DNA from: Escherichia coli O127:H6 str. E2348/69
GTDB taxonomy: Bacteria > Pseudomonadota > Gammaproteobacteria > Enterobacterales > Enterobacteriaceae
DNA length: 64,000 bases
Assembly: GCF_000026545.1 (NCBI RefSeq)
Contig: NC_011601.1
Reading direction: 5' to 3' (one strand)
Of the stretch, positions 1 through 9,827 are shown piece by piece. A program made the position numbers and the translations under genes. Positions within the stretch are counted from its first letter, which is position 1, and every line of letters starts with the position of its first letter. The notes beneath the pieces are model-generated. The model did not search any database, was not told where the DNA came from, and was given only the letters and a program-made list of their open reading frames with translations.

Positions 1-1300
1 ATTCAGCCTGGCCTGGCAGATTCTGTTTGCTATGGTGCTGGGCATTCTCCTGGGAAGCTACCTGCACTACCATAGCGACAGCCGCGACTGGCTGGTCGTC
101 AATTTGCTCTCTCCGGCGGGTGATATCTTCATCCATCTGATCAAAATGATTGTTGTGCCGATTGTGATCTCCACGCTGGTGGTGGGTATCGCGGGTGTTG
201 GTGATGCCAAACAGCTCGGGCGTATTGGTGCGAAAACCATTATCTACTTCGAGGTGATCACCACCGTCGCCATCATTTTGGGGATCACTCTGGCGAACGT
301 CTTCCAGCCTGGTGCCGGGGTGGATATGTCGCAGCTGGCGACCGTCGATATCTCGAAATATCAGAGCACTACGGAAGCGGTACAAAGCAGTTCCCACGGC
401 ATTATGGGCACGATTTTGTCGCTGGTGCCGACGAACATCGTGGCGTCGATGGCGAAAGGCGAAATGCTGCCGATCATCTTCTTCTCGGTGCTGTTTGGTC
501 TGGGGCTTTCATCCCTGCCCGCGACGCATCGTGAACCGCTGGTGACCGTTTTCCGCTCCATCTCTGAAACCATGTTTAAAGTGACTCACATGGTGATGCG
601 TTATGCGCCGGTGGGTGTGTTTGCGCTGATTGCGGTGACGGTGGCTAACTTTGGTTTCTCTTCTCTGTGGCCACTGGCGAAACTGGTGCTGTTGGTGCAT
701 TTCGCCATTCTGTTCTTCGCGCTGGTAGTGCTGGGAATTGTGGCGCGCCTGTGCGGGTTAAGTGTCTGGATCCTGATTCGTATTCTGAAAGATGAGCTGA
801 TTCTGGCGTACTCCACTGCCAGCTCTGAAAGCGTGCTGCCGCGAATTATTGAGAAGATGGAAGCCTACGGAGCACCGGCGTCGATCACCAGTTTCGTGGT
901 GCCGACCGGTTACTCTTTTAACCTTGATGGTTCGACGCTGTATCAAAGTATTGCCGCTATTTTCATCGCGCAGTTGTATGGCATTGACCTGTCCATCTGG
1001 CAGGAAATCATTCTGGTGCTGACGCTGATGGTGACCTCGAAAGGGATTGCTGGCGTGCCGGGCGTGTCGTTTGTGGTGTTGCTGGCAACGCTGGGCAGCG
1101 TAGGGATCCCGCTGGAAGGTCTGGCGTTTATTGCCGGTGTTGACCGTATCCTCGACATGGCGCGTACTGCGCTGAACGTGGTGGGTAATGCGCTGGCGGT
1201 GCTGGTGATTGCCAAGTGGGAACACAAATTTGACCGTAAGAAAGCGCTGGCTTATGAGCGTGAAGTGCTGGGCAAATTTGATAAAACTGCGGATCAGTAA
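1..1300 (+). CDS. gltP: glutamate/aspartate:proton symporter, 5' end truncated by window edge
   Basis: Reading frame open from position 2; translation matches the DAACS-family transporter GltP; track ORF 32..1300 is the internal part. Confidence 0.93.
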   Translation, partial: FSLAWQILFAMVLGILLGSYLHYHSDSRDWLVVNLLSPAGDIFIHLIKMIVVPIVISTLVVGIAGVGDAKQLGRIGAKTIIYFEVITTVAIILGITLANVFQPGAGVDMSQLATVDISKYQSTTEAVQSSSHGIMGTILSLVPTNIVASMAKGEMLPIIFFSVLFGLGLSSLPATHREPLVTVFRSISETMFKVTHMVMRYAPVGVFALIAVTVANFGFSSLWPLAKLVLLVHFAILFFALVVLGIVARLCGLSVWILIRILKDELILAYSTASSESVLPRIIEKMEAYGAPASITSFVVPTGYSFNLDGSTLYQSIAAIFIAQLYGIDLSIWQEIILVLTLMVTSKGIAGVPGVSFVVLLATLGSVGIPLEGLAFIAGVDRILDMARTALNVVGNALAVLVIAKWEHKFDRKKALAYEREVLGKFDKTADQ

Positions 1301-1309
1301 CTGAAGATT

Positions 1310-1328
1310 GCCGGGGTTATCCCCCGGC
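1310..1328 (+). terminator. GC-rich hairpin just after gltP stop (gccgggg-ttat-ccccggc), candidate terminator
   Basis: Inverted repeat read directly; the downstream T-tract is weak. Confidence 0.4.
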
Positions 1329-1337
1329 AATGTGTTG

Positions 1338-1376
1338 ATGCCTGATGCGACGCTTGCCGCGTTTTATCAGGCCTAC
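1338..1376. repeat. REP (repetitive extragenic palindrome) unit
   Basis: gcctgatgcgacgc...ttatcaggcctac motif typical of E. coli REP elements. Confidence 0.6.
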
Positions 1377-1377
1377 C

Positions 1378-2067
1378 TTAACCGTTAGTTAATTTTTCAA
1401 ACTCTTCACACCCGGTATCAAACCCTTCCATACAGCTCAGATTCAACCAGTGCAGCGCCTTTTGTTTGTTCTTCTCGATAAAACCCTCTTCACCGTTTAA
1501 GAACATCATTCCCGCCCAGTATTCGGAATAACCGGTTCGGGAAATCGCGGAGCTACGTTTGAAATACCAGGTTGCTTTGTCATCGTCGGCCTTAATGCCC
1601 ACGCCGTTGGCGTAAATCAAACCAAGCAGCATTTGGGCATCGACGGCAGAGTCGTTCTCCAGATCTTCCGAGGCGTTTTCTAACAGCGAAATCGCCTTTG
1701 GATAATCCGGTTTACCCGCTTGCGTATTTACCAGAATATGCGCCAGCGTTACTTCACCTTCTTTACTGCCCGCTTGCGCTGCTTTCTCGGCAAGCACTTT
1801 TGCTTGTGGATAGTCCAGACTGACCGGATTGGTGATTTTGATCTGCGCCAACAGCGCGCAGGCATCGGCATCACCGCTGTCGGCGGCTTTCTGTGCCCAA
1901 TATTCGGCTTTGCTCAAATCGCCGGAGCTAAACCAGCTGTCGGCAAGAAAATATTGTGCGCGTCGGTCTCCGGCCTCTGCTGCCTTTAAATACTGGCTGC
2001 CAGGCTCGGAGTCGTTCGCGTGGGCAAAGAATGTCAAAAATAACATCAAAGTGATAATTTTTTTCAT
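1378..2067 (-). CDS. yjcO: Sel1/TPR-like repeat protein with signal peptide
   Basis: Track ORF 1378..2121 begins at TTG; ATG at codon 19 (MKKIITLMLFLTFFAHA) gives a signal peptide followed by Sel1-like repeats. Confidence 0.85.
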   Translation of the reverse strand: MKKIITLMLFLTFFAHANDSEPGSQYLKAAEAGDRRAQYFLADSWFSSGDLSKAEYWAQKAADSGDADACALLAQIKITNPVSLDYPQAKVLAEKAAQAGSKEGEVTLAHILVNTQAGKPDYPKAISLLENASEDLENDSAVDAQMLLGLIYANGVGIKADDDKATWYFKRSSAISRTGYSEYWAGMMFLNGEEGFIEKNKQKALHWLNLSCMEGFDTGCEEFEKLTNG

Positions 2068-2177
2068 TTTGATAATGAAGTTTGGTAGGGGAGAGACAGT
2101 ATAAAGTGTTCGGGTGGACAAAAAAACAACTGTAAAAAGACCTGAAAGCAGAATGAATTAATGCAATGTCAGGTTTT

Positions 2178-2882
2178 TTAATCCATCCGATGTTCCCCCT
2201 TTTCCATGGCGTCGCGATCAAAAAATCGCTGAATTTTTCCCTCGGACATCAATGCCGCTCGATCAGACATATGCGCGATGACATCGGCATCGTGACTGAC
2301 CAGCAGATATGTCATTTGGTGTTCCAGCTTAAGTTGATTCAACAAATTAAGGATTTCCGCTTGTACCGACATATCCAACGCCGAGGTGGGTTCATCCAGC
2401 AGAAGAAGTTGTGGTCGTAACAACAGGGCGCGAGCAATAACCACACGTTGCCGTTGACCACCGGAAAGCTGGTGTGGGTAGCGACGAGCGGCGTCGAAAG
2501 GCAAGCCAACCTGTTCCAGTGCAGTCTGGACGCGTTTTTCTATTTCTCTTTCGCCACGAATTTTGAGTGGTTCAGCCAGCGTTCGCCACAGAGTATGATT
2601 GGGATGCAACGAGGCATAGGGATCCTGAAACACCATTTGCACATTGCGGCGGAGATCGCCCTGAAAACGCATTCCTGGTTTGATGGTGTGCCCAAACAGT
2701 GACACCTGACCGTGCCAGTCGCGCTGTAATCCAGCAATTACGCGCAAAATCGTGGATTTTCCGCAGCCTGATTCGCCAATTAAACTAAATGTCTCTCCGG
2801 CATTAACCGAAAAACTGGCGGCAGAAACTGCGGTTTTCTCAGCAAAAGTCACCTGTAAGTGATTAATTTCAACAATCGTCAT
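2178..2882 (-). CDS. ABC transporter ATP-binding protein (short NikE/DppF-like), last gene of accessory ABC operon
   Basis: Walker A GESGCGKST, signature LSGGQRQR, Walker B LLLLDEPTSALD; ATG start overlaps the upstream ATPase gene by 14 nt. Confidence 0.9.
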   Translation of the reverse strand: MTIVEINHLQVTFAEKTAVSAASFSVNAGETFSLIGESGCGKSTILRVIAGLQRDWHGQVSLFGHTIKPGMRFQGDLRRNVQMVFQDPYASLHPNHTLWRTLAEPLKIRGEREIEKRVQTALEQVGLPFDAARRYPHQLSGGQRQRVVIARALLLRPQLLLLDEPTSALDMSVQAEILNLLNQLKLEHQMTYLLVSHDADVIAHMSDRAALMSEGKIQRFFDRDAMEKGEHRMD

Positions 2883-3705
2883 GGTATTTCTCCGGCGTCA
2901 TTGCCGTCCTGTCCAGCGTCGGCAGCATCTGCCCGTAAGTTTGTGCATTTGGGCGGCAAGTCCACAGTGTGCGCGTGTAAGGATGCGTTGCTGTAGGTAG
3001 CGCAGCAGCGTGCATTTCATCCACCTTATTTCCCTGATACATCACCAGCACCCGATGGCAAAATTGGGCAACTAATGGCAGGTCGTGACTGATCAGCAAC
3101 ATTGCCATCTGACGTTGTTCACACTGGGTAACCAGCAGTTCCAGAATCTGATTACGCAGGCGCACATCCAGTGCTGATGTTGGCTCATCGGCAATCAATA
3201 CCCGGGGATCGTTGATGAGCGCAATTGCAATCATCACTCGCTGCCCCATGCCGCCAGAAAGTTCACGAGGATAGCTTTGCAGTACTCGCGTATTGAGGCC
3301 GACAGCCTGAATTGCGGTGTTTATTTTCTCTTCTTTCTCGCGGCGGTTCAGACGTTGATGGAGCGTAAGCGCCTCTTCCAGTTGCGCTTTTACTGTCTTT
3401 ACTGGATTAAGCGCGTAACGCGGATCTTGCAATACCATCGCGATATCGTTACCGCGCAACTGTTGCCATCCACGCGCGTTAAGGGTGAGTGCATCACGCC
3501 CCAGAATGTTAAGTGTGTCCGCGGTTACTACACCCGGTTTACGCACCAGCCCCATCAGGGCGCGGGCGGTCATGGACTTACCTGAACCCGACTCACCGAC
3601 CAGCGCCAGACGTTCATTGCCTAATGTAAAACTGACATTGTTGACGACCCGGGACTCCGGATAATCGACGCAGAGATTGTTGATACTAAGACGTGAGTCA
3701 GTCAT
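2869..3705 (-). CDS. ABC transporter ATP-binding protein (short NikD/DppD-like)
   Basis: Walker A GESGSGKS, signature LSGGMGQR, Walker B LIADEPTSALD; start taken at the internal ATG (MTDSRLSINNL), since the track's 20-codon upstream extension overlaps the permease gene. Confidence 0.85.
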   Translation of the reverse strand: MTDSRLSINNLCVDYPESRVVNNVSFTLGNERLALVGESGSGKSMTARALMGLVRKPGVVTADTLNILGRDALTLNARGWQQLRGNDIAMVLQDPRYALNPVKTVKAQLEEALTLHQRLNRREKEEKINTAIQAVGLNTRVLQSYPRELSGGMGQRVMIAIALINDPRVLIADEPTSALDVRLRNQILELLVTQCEQRQMAMLLISHDLPLVAQFCHRVLVMYQGNKVDEMHAAALPTATHPYTRTLWTCRPNAQTYGQMLPTLDRTAMTPEKYHDDC

Positions 3706-4531
3706 GTTGAGGCTCCAGAACATCGCGCAAGCCATCACCCAGCAGATTAAAGGCCAGACTGGCAATTAAGATAATTGCGCCGGGAGCGGCGGCAATCCAC
3801 CATTGATCAAAAATGACCTGCATACCGTCGGCGATCATGGCTCCCCATTCCGCCATTGGCGGGCGAGCACCAAGCCCAAGAAAACCCAGGCCAGCAGCCG
3901 CCAGAATGATACCCGCTAAATCCAGCGCCAGACGGACAATGGCAGATGGCAGGCACAATGGCAAAATATGACCAGCCAGCAGACGCCTGCCGCGGATGCC
4001 CATCATTTCTGCGGCGGCAAGATAATCACTGTGTCGCAGACGTTGGATCTCACTCCGTGCCTGACGCGCATAAGCAGGCCAGGTGGTTAATGCCAGCGCC
4101 AGTGCGCCGTTAACCAGCCCCGGCCCCAGCATGGCAACAAAAGCAAAAGCCAGAATTAAACGCGGCATTGACATTACTACGTCAGTAAAACGCATCAGCA
4201 CGCGTTCCAGCCAGCCGCCGTAGTACCCGGCTAAAATGCCAATCAGCAGACCGACCGGGAGTGTAATGATTGTCACCAATGCCACCAGCCCCAGTGCCGG
4301 GCGGCTGCCGTAGATTAAACGTGAAAGTAGGTCTCGCCCGTAACTGTCAGTGCCGAGCCAGTGCTGACGACTCGGTGCTTGTAACCGCGCCGCCGCATCC
4401 TGCCAGTTAGGATCGTGAGGTGCCAGCCACGGCGCGAAGAGCGCAATTAGCATCAATAACAGGATAATTATCAACCCGCAAAACGCGGCGGGTGAATGGC
4501 GTAAACGGCGTAAAAAGAGAAACATCGGCAT
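3698..4531 (-). CDS. ABC transporter permease (DppC/NikC-like)
   Basis: 277 aa hydrophobic multi-helix protein in operon position; ATG start. Confidence 0.88.
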   Translation of the reverse strand: MPMFLFLRRLRHSPAAFCGLIIILLLMLIALFAPWLAPHDPNWQDAAARLQAPSRQHWLGTDSYGRDLLSRLIYGSRPALGLVALVTIITLPVGLLIGILAGYYGGWLERVLMRFTDVVMSMPRLILAFAFVAMLGPGLVNGALALALTTWPAYARQARSEIQRLRHSDYLAAAEMMGIRGRRLLAGHILPLCLPSAIVRLALDLAGIILAAAGLGFLGLGARPPMAEWGAMIADGMQVIFDQWWIAAAPGAIILIASLAFNLLGDGLRDVLEPQHD

Positions 4532-5580
4532 CAGCGTAACCTCGGATCGGTCAGCCGGACCAGCAGGTCGGTTAAGTTATTTATCAACACAAAGCAGACG
4601 CCAATCAGCAGCGTTCCTCCCATGATTGCTGTGGTATCACCCGCGAAGAGCGCTGTAGTGAGGTAGCGCCCAATACCTGGCCATGAAAAGACGGTTTCTG
4701 TCAGTACCGCGCCTTCCAGCATTGATGTATAGGCGAGGGCGATAACGGTGAGTAAGGTGCCGCGAATGTTGGGTAAAACATGACGTAGCAAAATTGTCAT
4801 CTCGCTGGCCCCTTTGGCGCGCGCCAGCAGAATATATTCTTTATTCATTTCGCCAAGACAGACGGAACGAGTCAGGCGCGTAATACTGGCGAGCGAGAAG
4901 TACGCCAGTAATAAAACCGGAAGTATCAAATGGTTGATTGCATTGGTAAATGCCTCGCGATCGCCAGAAAGCCACGTATCAATCAGCGCAAATCCGCTGC
5001 GGGGTTCTATGGTGAATTGATAAATATCATCCAGCCTGCCCGGCCCGGCACTCCATTGCAGTCTGGCGTAGAACAGCGCCAGCATCAGCAGACCAAGCCA
5101 AAAAACAGGGACGGAATTTCCCAGTAGAGTTAATGTTCGCACGGTGAAATCCAGCGGAGAACCGACATAACGGGCGCAAAGTACACCCGCAATGACGCCG
5201 ACAACAGCACCGACAATAAGCGCCAACGTTGCCAGTTCAATGGTCGCCGGGAATGCTGATAGCAAGTCCTGGAGTACCGGTTGCCCGGTGGAGCTGGCGA
5301 TGCCCAGATCGCCGTGTGCCAGATTCATCAGGTAATGCCAGAACTGGACGGCTAACGGTTGATCCAATCCTAACTGGTGGCGTACCTGATCATAGGTGGA
5401 CTGGCTGGCGTGATCGCCAACGATTTGTAGTACGCGATCGACCGGTGAGAGAGCCGAAAGCGCAAAGGTAATCAGCAGCAGGCCGAGTAGCGTCAGAGCA
5501 ACGGTAAACAGCCCTTGCAACAGCGCGAGCAGAGGGCGTTTGCCTCGCCATCTCGCGCGAGTGGAAAAAACGACAGACAT
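4531..5580 (-). CDS. ABC transporter permease (DppB/NikB-like)
   Basis: Hydrophobic permease; start taken at ATG MSVVFSTRAR, as the track extends 31 codons upstream; stop overlaps the next gene's start. Confidence 0.85.
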   Translation of the reverse strand: MSVVFSTRARWRGKRPLLALLQGLFTVALTLLGLLLITFALSALSPVDRVLQIVGDHASQSTYDQVRHQLGLDQPLAVQFWHYLMNLAHGDLGIASSTGQPVLQDLLSAFPATIELATLALIVGAVVGVIAGVLCARYVGSPLDFTVRTLTLLGNSVPVFWLGLLMLALFYARLQWSAGPGRLDDIYQFTIEPRSGFALIDTWLSGDREAFTNAINHLILPVLLLAYFSLASITRLTRSVCLGEMNKEYILLARAKGASEMTILLRHVLPNIRGTLLTVIALAYTSMLEGAVLTETVFSWPGIGRYLTTALFAGDTTAIMGGTLLIGVCFVLINNLTDLLVRLTDPRLR

Positions 5581-5607
5581 GATCTTTCCATACAGTGATA
5601 AATCAGC

Positions 5608-5632
5608 GGCTGGCCTGCAATACAGGCCAGCC
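5608..5632 (-). other. Intercistronic stem-loop between binding-protein gene and first permease gene
   Basis: 10-bp inverted repeat ggctggcctg / caggccagcc with 5-nt loop, read directly. Confidence 0.5.
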
Positions 5633-5679
5633 CTGGTACCGCGCCCGGTAATATGGCTGGACGCGAGTTGCATACAGGG

Positions 5680-7248
5680 TTATTTGGTTACCTGATCAAA
5701 CCAGACCATATCGGCATTCAACCCTTGTTGATACCCCTGCACATTATCACGCATGACAATTTGCGTTTTGCCTTGATCAATAAAGACATACGGGGAACTA
5801 CGTTGTAGTTCTTGTTGCATTTTCTTATACAAATCAAGACGTTTAGCGCTATCAGGTTCAGCGATGGCCGCCAGCGTTTCTTTGTTCAGTTCCGGGATTT
5901 TCCAGCCGTTTAACCCGGCAACGGTGCTGGATTTGCCATCGTTATAGGCGAAAGAGCTGGCGTTGGAATGTGCGTCAAAATAATCAGGCAACCACATACG
6001 AATGGCCCCCTGATGCTGGTGGGCGCGAACGCGAGAGTAGACCTGACTCCCTGCGGCTGGCAGCAAATCAACTTTTACACCGCCCTGAGCAAAGCTGGCC
6101 TGAATTGACTGCGCGATGGTAATAAATGGCGGTTTATTTTCGACATCAAGCGTGAAGTGCGGGTCTTTGATTCCGGCTTTAGCGAGGATCTCTTTTGCTT
6201 TGGCTGGATTAAAGGTAAACGGTGTTTCTTCCAGTGCTCCAGGAAAGCCCACGGGCAGGAAACTTTGATGGGTAAAATATTGTCCTTTTAAGAGATTTTT
6301 GGTGATGCCGTCGTAATCGACCAACCAGCGAGCGGCCTCCCAGAACGCAGGATTACTCATCAGCGGGTTATCCTTGTTACCGGTATTGAAGGCCAGGTAG
6401 TTCTGTTCGGCGGAGGCAATGCTCATCACTTTTACGCCAGGTTTACCCTGTAATGCATCGATTTGATCGGCTCCCAGATCACGAGCCATATCAGCATCAC
6501 CTTGTTGGATCAGCAGGCGACGCGTTGCCGGATCGGGAACATTTTTGATGATGACGTTTTTCAGTTTCGGGGCGCCGGTTGGTGAGCTGGCGTTGGCTTC
6601 CATCACGATGGCCTGATGCGGTTGGTAAGTACGCATTTTAAACGCGCCGCTGCCAGCGGAATGCATCTTCAGCCATTCATTACCAAAGTCGTTATTTTTG
6701 GCGTTTGGCGCAACCAGCTTCTCGTCAACAATTGAGGCGATTGGTGTGGAGAGAATATTCAGTGCCAGCGCCGGGCTGACGTCGGCACTCCATTGCACCT
6801 GGACGGTATGGTCATCGATTTTCTTCAACTGGCTGGCGATATTTTCCGGCTGCCATCCCAGCACATTGAGAATAAACGCACCGGATTTATTCAGTGTGAC
6901 AGCCCGGACATAAGAGTAAATCACATCTTCCGGGCGTACCGGATTACCAGAGGCAAATTTCGCATCGCTTTTCAGTTTTATGGTTAGCGTTTTGGCTGCT
7001 GGGTCAGCCTGCCAACTTTCCGCCAGAATCGGAGTGATTTTCGTCGGATCATTACGGTCCGGTTGTACTACGCGTTGATACAGACTTGGTACAGTCTGAA
7101 TACTTGAGAGTTCATTAGCTTCTGCCGGGTCCAGACTCACAATATCATCCAGTCCCTGGGCTACAACCAACGTATTAGGCGGTGTAGCGGCAACGGTTGT
7201 GGCGGAAATTGTGCTTAAAACCAGTAAAGGTAATAGTTTTTTAATCAT
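5680..7248 (-). CDS. Periplasmic substrate-binding protein, family 5 (OppA/DppA/NikA-like)
   Basis: 522 aa with N-terminal signal peptide MIKKLLPLLVLSTISATTVAA; first gene of a five-gene ABC operon; ATG start. Confidence 0.9.
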   Translation of the reverse strand: MIKKLLPLLVLSTISATTVAATPPNTLVVAQGLDDIVSLDPAEANELSSIQTVPSLYQRVVQPDRNDPTKITPILAESWQADPAAKTLTIKLKSDAKFASGNPVRPEDVIYSYVRAVTLNKSGAFILNVLGWQPENIASQLKKIDDHTVQVQWSADVSPALALNILSTPIASIVDEKLVAPNAKNNDFGNEWLKMHSAGSGAFKMRTYQPHQAIVMEANASSPTGAPKLKNVIIKNVPDPATRRLLIQQGDADMARDLGADQIDALQGKPGVKVMSIASAEQNYLAFNTGNKDNPLMSNPAFWEAARWLVDYDGITKNLLKGQYFTHQSFLPVGFPGALEETPFTFNPAKAKEILAKAGIKDPHFTLDVENKPPFITIAQSIQASFAQGGVKVDLLPAAGSQVYSRVRAHQHQGAIRMWLPDYFDAHSNASSFAYNDGKSSTVAGLNGWKIPELNKETLAAIAEPDSAKRLDLYKKMQQELQRSSPYVFIDQGKTQIVMRDNVQGYQQGLNADMVWFDQVTK

Positions 7249-7422
7249 ATGCTTCCCAATCCCTAAAATTACTTTGAGGTTATTAATATGCTATCAGACG
7301 GGGGTTCGCTGCATTAATCGCGCCAGAATATCCCGTTAATAGAACGAGTTAAACGGTCGATGATTTCTCACCTTACCGAAATTTTGTTTATCAAATGTAA
7401 AGTATTATTACGTTAGGCCGCG

Positions 7423-7450
7423 ATGAGAATTGAGTAAAGATAATTCTCAT
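7423..7450. promoter_or_regulatory. Perfect 9-bp inverted repeat (atgagaatt N10 aattctcat) upstream of the ABC operon, candidate operator
   Basis: Palindrome read directly, about 175 bp upstream of the binding-protein start; no known regulator assigned. Confidence 0.3.
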
Positions 7451-7533
7451 TTGCAATCGTGACAGGAATAGAAGAACAACCGAGAAGACGTCGCTAATAA
7501 CCAGAATGGGCTGGTTTGACTGCGCAGGTATGT

Positions 7534-7570
7534 ATAAAAAAATCCGGAAACAGAGAGTCGTTTCCGGATT
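7534..7570 (-). terminator. Rho-independent terminator of fdhF
   Basis: Stem aatccggaaac / gtttccggatt followed by a T-run on the minus strand, ~50 nt after the fdhF stop. Confidence 0.8.
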
Positions 7571-7622
7571 GATACAAAGGCGTTGGGTAATATCGCCGCT
7601 TTTAACGTGAGTTTACGCGGTA

Positions 7623-9770
7623 TTACGCCAGTGCCGCTTCGCGCAGGCGAGTTTTCAACTTGTTGTACTCGTCAATCACGTACTGCTCGGCGGCGCGCTG
7701 ATCGGCGATCGGCTCGACGCGCACGGCGCAGTATTTGTATTCCGGCGTTTTCGTAATCGGGCTTAAGTTTTCGGTAACCAGCTCGTTACAGGCACCAATC
7801 CACCACTGGTAGGTCATGTAAATCGCCCCTTTGTTCGGACGATCGCTGACCTGCGCACGGGTGATAATTTTGCCTTTACGCGAGTGCACCCAAACCAATG
7901 CCTCATCTTCAATACCCAGACGTTTGGCGTCTTCGGTATTGATTTGTGCGTAGCCAGGTTCATCAGCCAGCGCCGCCAGTGCCGCACAGTTACCGGTCAT
8001 CGAACGGCAAGAGTAGTGACCAACTTCACGCACCGTTGACAGTACCATCGGGTACTCGTCGGTGAGTTTGTCGATTGGCGCGACCCAGTCGCAGGTGAAG
8101 AACTGCGCCAGACCGTTCGGGGTATCAAACTTCTCTTTAAACAGATAAGAAGTCCCCTGATCGGCATCTGAAGTATCCCGGCAAGGCCACTGAATGAAGC
8201 CCAGTTCGCCCATTTTTTCGTAAGTCGCACCGTAGAAATCCGGGCACAGATGACGCAACTCATCCCAGATCTCCTGGGTGTTGTTGTAGTGCATCGGATA
8301 ACCCATACGGGTGGCGATTTCACTGATAATCTGCCAGTCCGTTTTCAGATCCCATTTCGGTTCAACCGCTTTGAAGAAACGCTGGAAGCCACGGTCAGCC
8401 GCAGTAAACACGCCTTCATGCTCGCCCCACGACGTTGACGGTAAAATAACATCCGCCGCCGACGCGGTTTTGGTCATAAAGATGTCCTGAACGATGACCA
8501 GTTCCAGATCTTCAAAGGCTTTACGTACTGCCGACAGCTCCGCGTCAGTTTGCAGCGGATCTTCGCCCATAATGTACGCGGCACGCACTTCGCCATGCGC
8601 TGCGCGGTGCGGCAGCTCGCTGATGCGATAGCCGGTATGAGCAGGCAGGCTTTCCACGCCCCAGGCTTTGGCGAATTTCTCGCGGTTAGCCGGATCTTTC
8701 ACGTACTGGTATCCCGGATACGTATCCGGCAGCGCGCCCATATCGCAGGCACCCTGCACGTTGTTCTGACCACGAACCGGGTTTACACCCGCATGCGGCT
8801 TACCGAGGTTACCAGTCAGCATCGCGAGGCTGGTCAGAGAACGCACGGTTTCCACGCCCTGGTAGAACTGGGTTACACCCATGCCCCACAGGATGGCGGC
8901 GCTTTTCGCCTGGGCATACATCCGCGCCGCCTGACGAATCTCACTGGCGCTGACGCCGGTGATATCTTCAACCGACTCCGGCGTGTAGCCTTCAACGATT
9001 TTACGATACTCTTCAAAGCCTTCTGTACGGGAAGCGACGAAAGCTTTGTCGTACAGGTTTTCTTCAATAATGACATGGCCCATCGCATTCAACAGCGCGA
9101 TGTTCGAGCCGTTTTTCAGTGCAATGTGCATGTCAGCAATGCGCGCGGTTTCAATTTTGCGCGGATCGCAGACGATAATTTTCGCCCCGTTACGTTTAGC
9201 GTTAATTACGTGATTCGCCACGATTGGGTGGGAATCCGCCGGGTTGTACCCGAAAACGAACACTAAATCGGTATTATCAATTTCGTTAATAGCATTGCTC
9301 ATTGCGCCATTACCGACCGATTGGTGCAGACCTGCAACCGATGGGCCGTGTCAGACACGAGCGCAGCAGTCAACGTTATTGGTACCAATAACGGCGCGCG
9401 CAAATTTTTGCATTACATAGTTGGTTTCGTTACCCGTACCACGCGAGGAGCCGGTCGTCTGGATGGCATCCGGACCGTACTTCTCTTTGATGGCGCTCAG
9501 GCGCTCGGCAACGTAATTCAGTGCCTCATCCCAGGAAACAGGTTCGAGTTTGCCGCCACGCTGGCGACGGATCATGGGGGTTTTCAGGCGCGGGGTCAGG
9601 ATCTGGGTATCGTTAATGAAATCCCAGCCATAATAACCCTTCAGACACAGGGTACCCTGGTTGGTTTTCCCCTGCGCTGCCTCCGCCCGGACGATTTTGC
9701 CGTTATCGACGACCAGGTTGATTTTGCAACCTGATGCGCAATAGGGGCAAACCGTGACGACTTTTTTCAT
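7623..9770 (-). CDS. fdhF: Formate dehydrogenase H, selenocysteine-containing molybdoenzyme
   Basis: Track ORFs 9351..9770 and 7623..9302 are in the same frame across a single TGA; 716 codons total; N-terminal Cys cluster CPYCASGCK. Confidence 0.95.
9305..9353 (-). other. In-frame UGA selenocysteine codon (9351..9353) with downstream SECIS region
   Basis: TGA flanked by ...DCCARV and HGPSVAGLHQSVGNG...; bacterial SECIS elements lie immediately 3' of the UGA. Confidence 0.85.
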
Positions 9771-9810
9771 CGGTCTCGCTCCAGTTAATCAAATCACGCA
9801 TACGCGCTCT

Positions 9811-9827
9811 CGACTACAGTATGCATC
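9811..9827 (-). promoter_or_regulatory. Sigma-54 (-24/-12) promoter of fdhF
   Basis: Minus-strand TGGCAT-N5-ATGCA matches the TGGCAC-N5-TTGCA spacing, about 40-55 nt upstream of the fdhF start. Confidence 0.75.

Noticed and set aside
2178-7622. ABC island as a mobile element or genomic island with integrase
   Set aside because: No integrase, transposase, IS inverted repeats, tRNA target or flanking direct repeats are visible; called an accessory operon only.
8550-9266. 238-aa plus-strand ORF antisense to fdhF
   Set aside because: Shadow ORF within a selenoprotein gene; no independent support.
7623-9770. fdhF as a pseudogene split into two ORFs
   Set aside because: The split is a single in-frame TGA at the known selenocysteine position with conserved sequence on both sides; this is recoding, not disruption.
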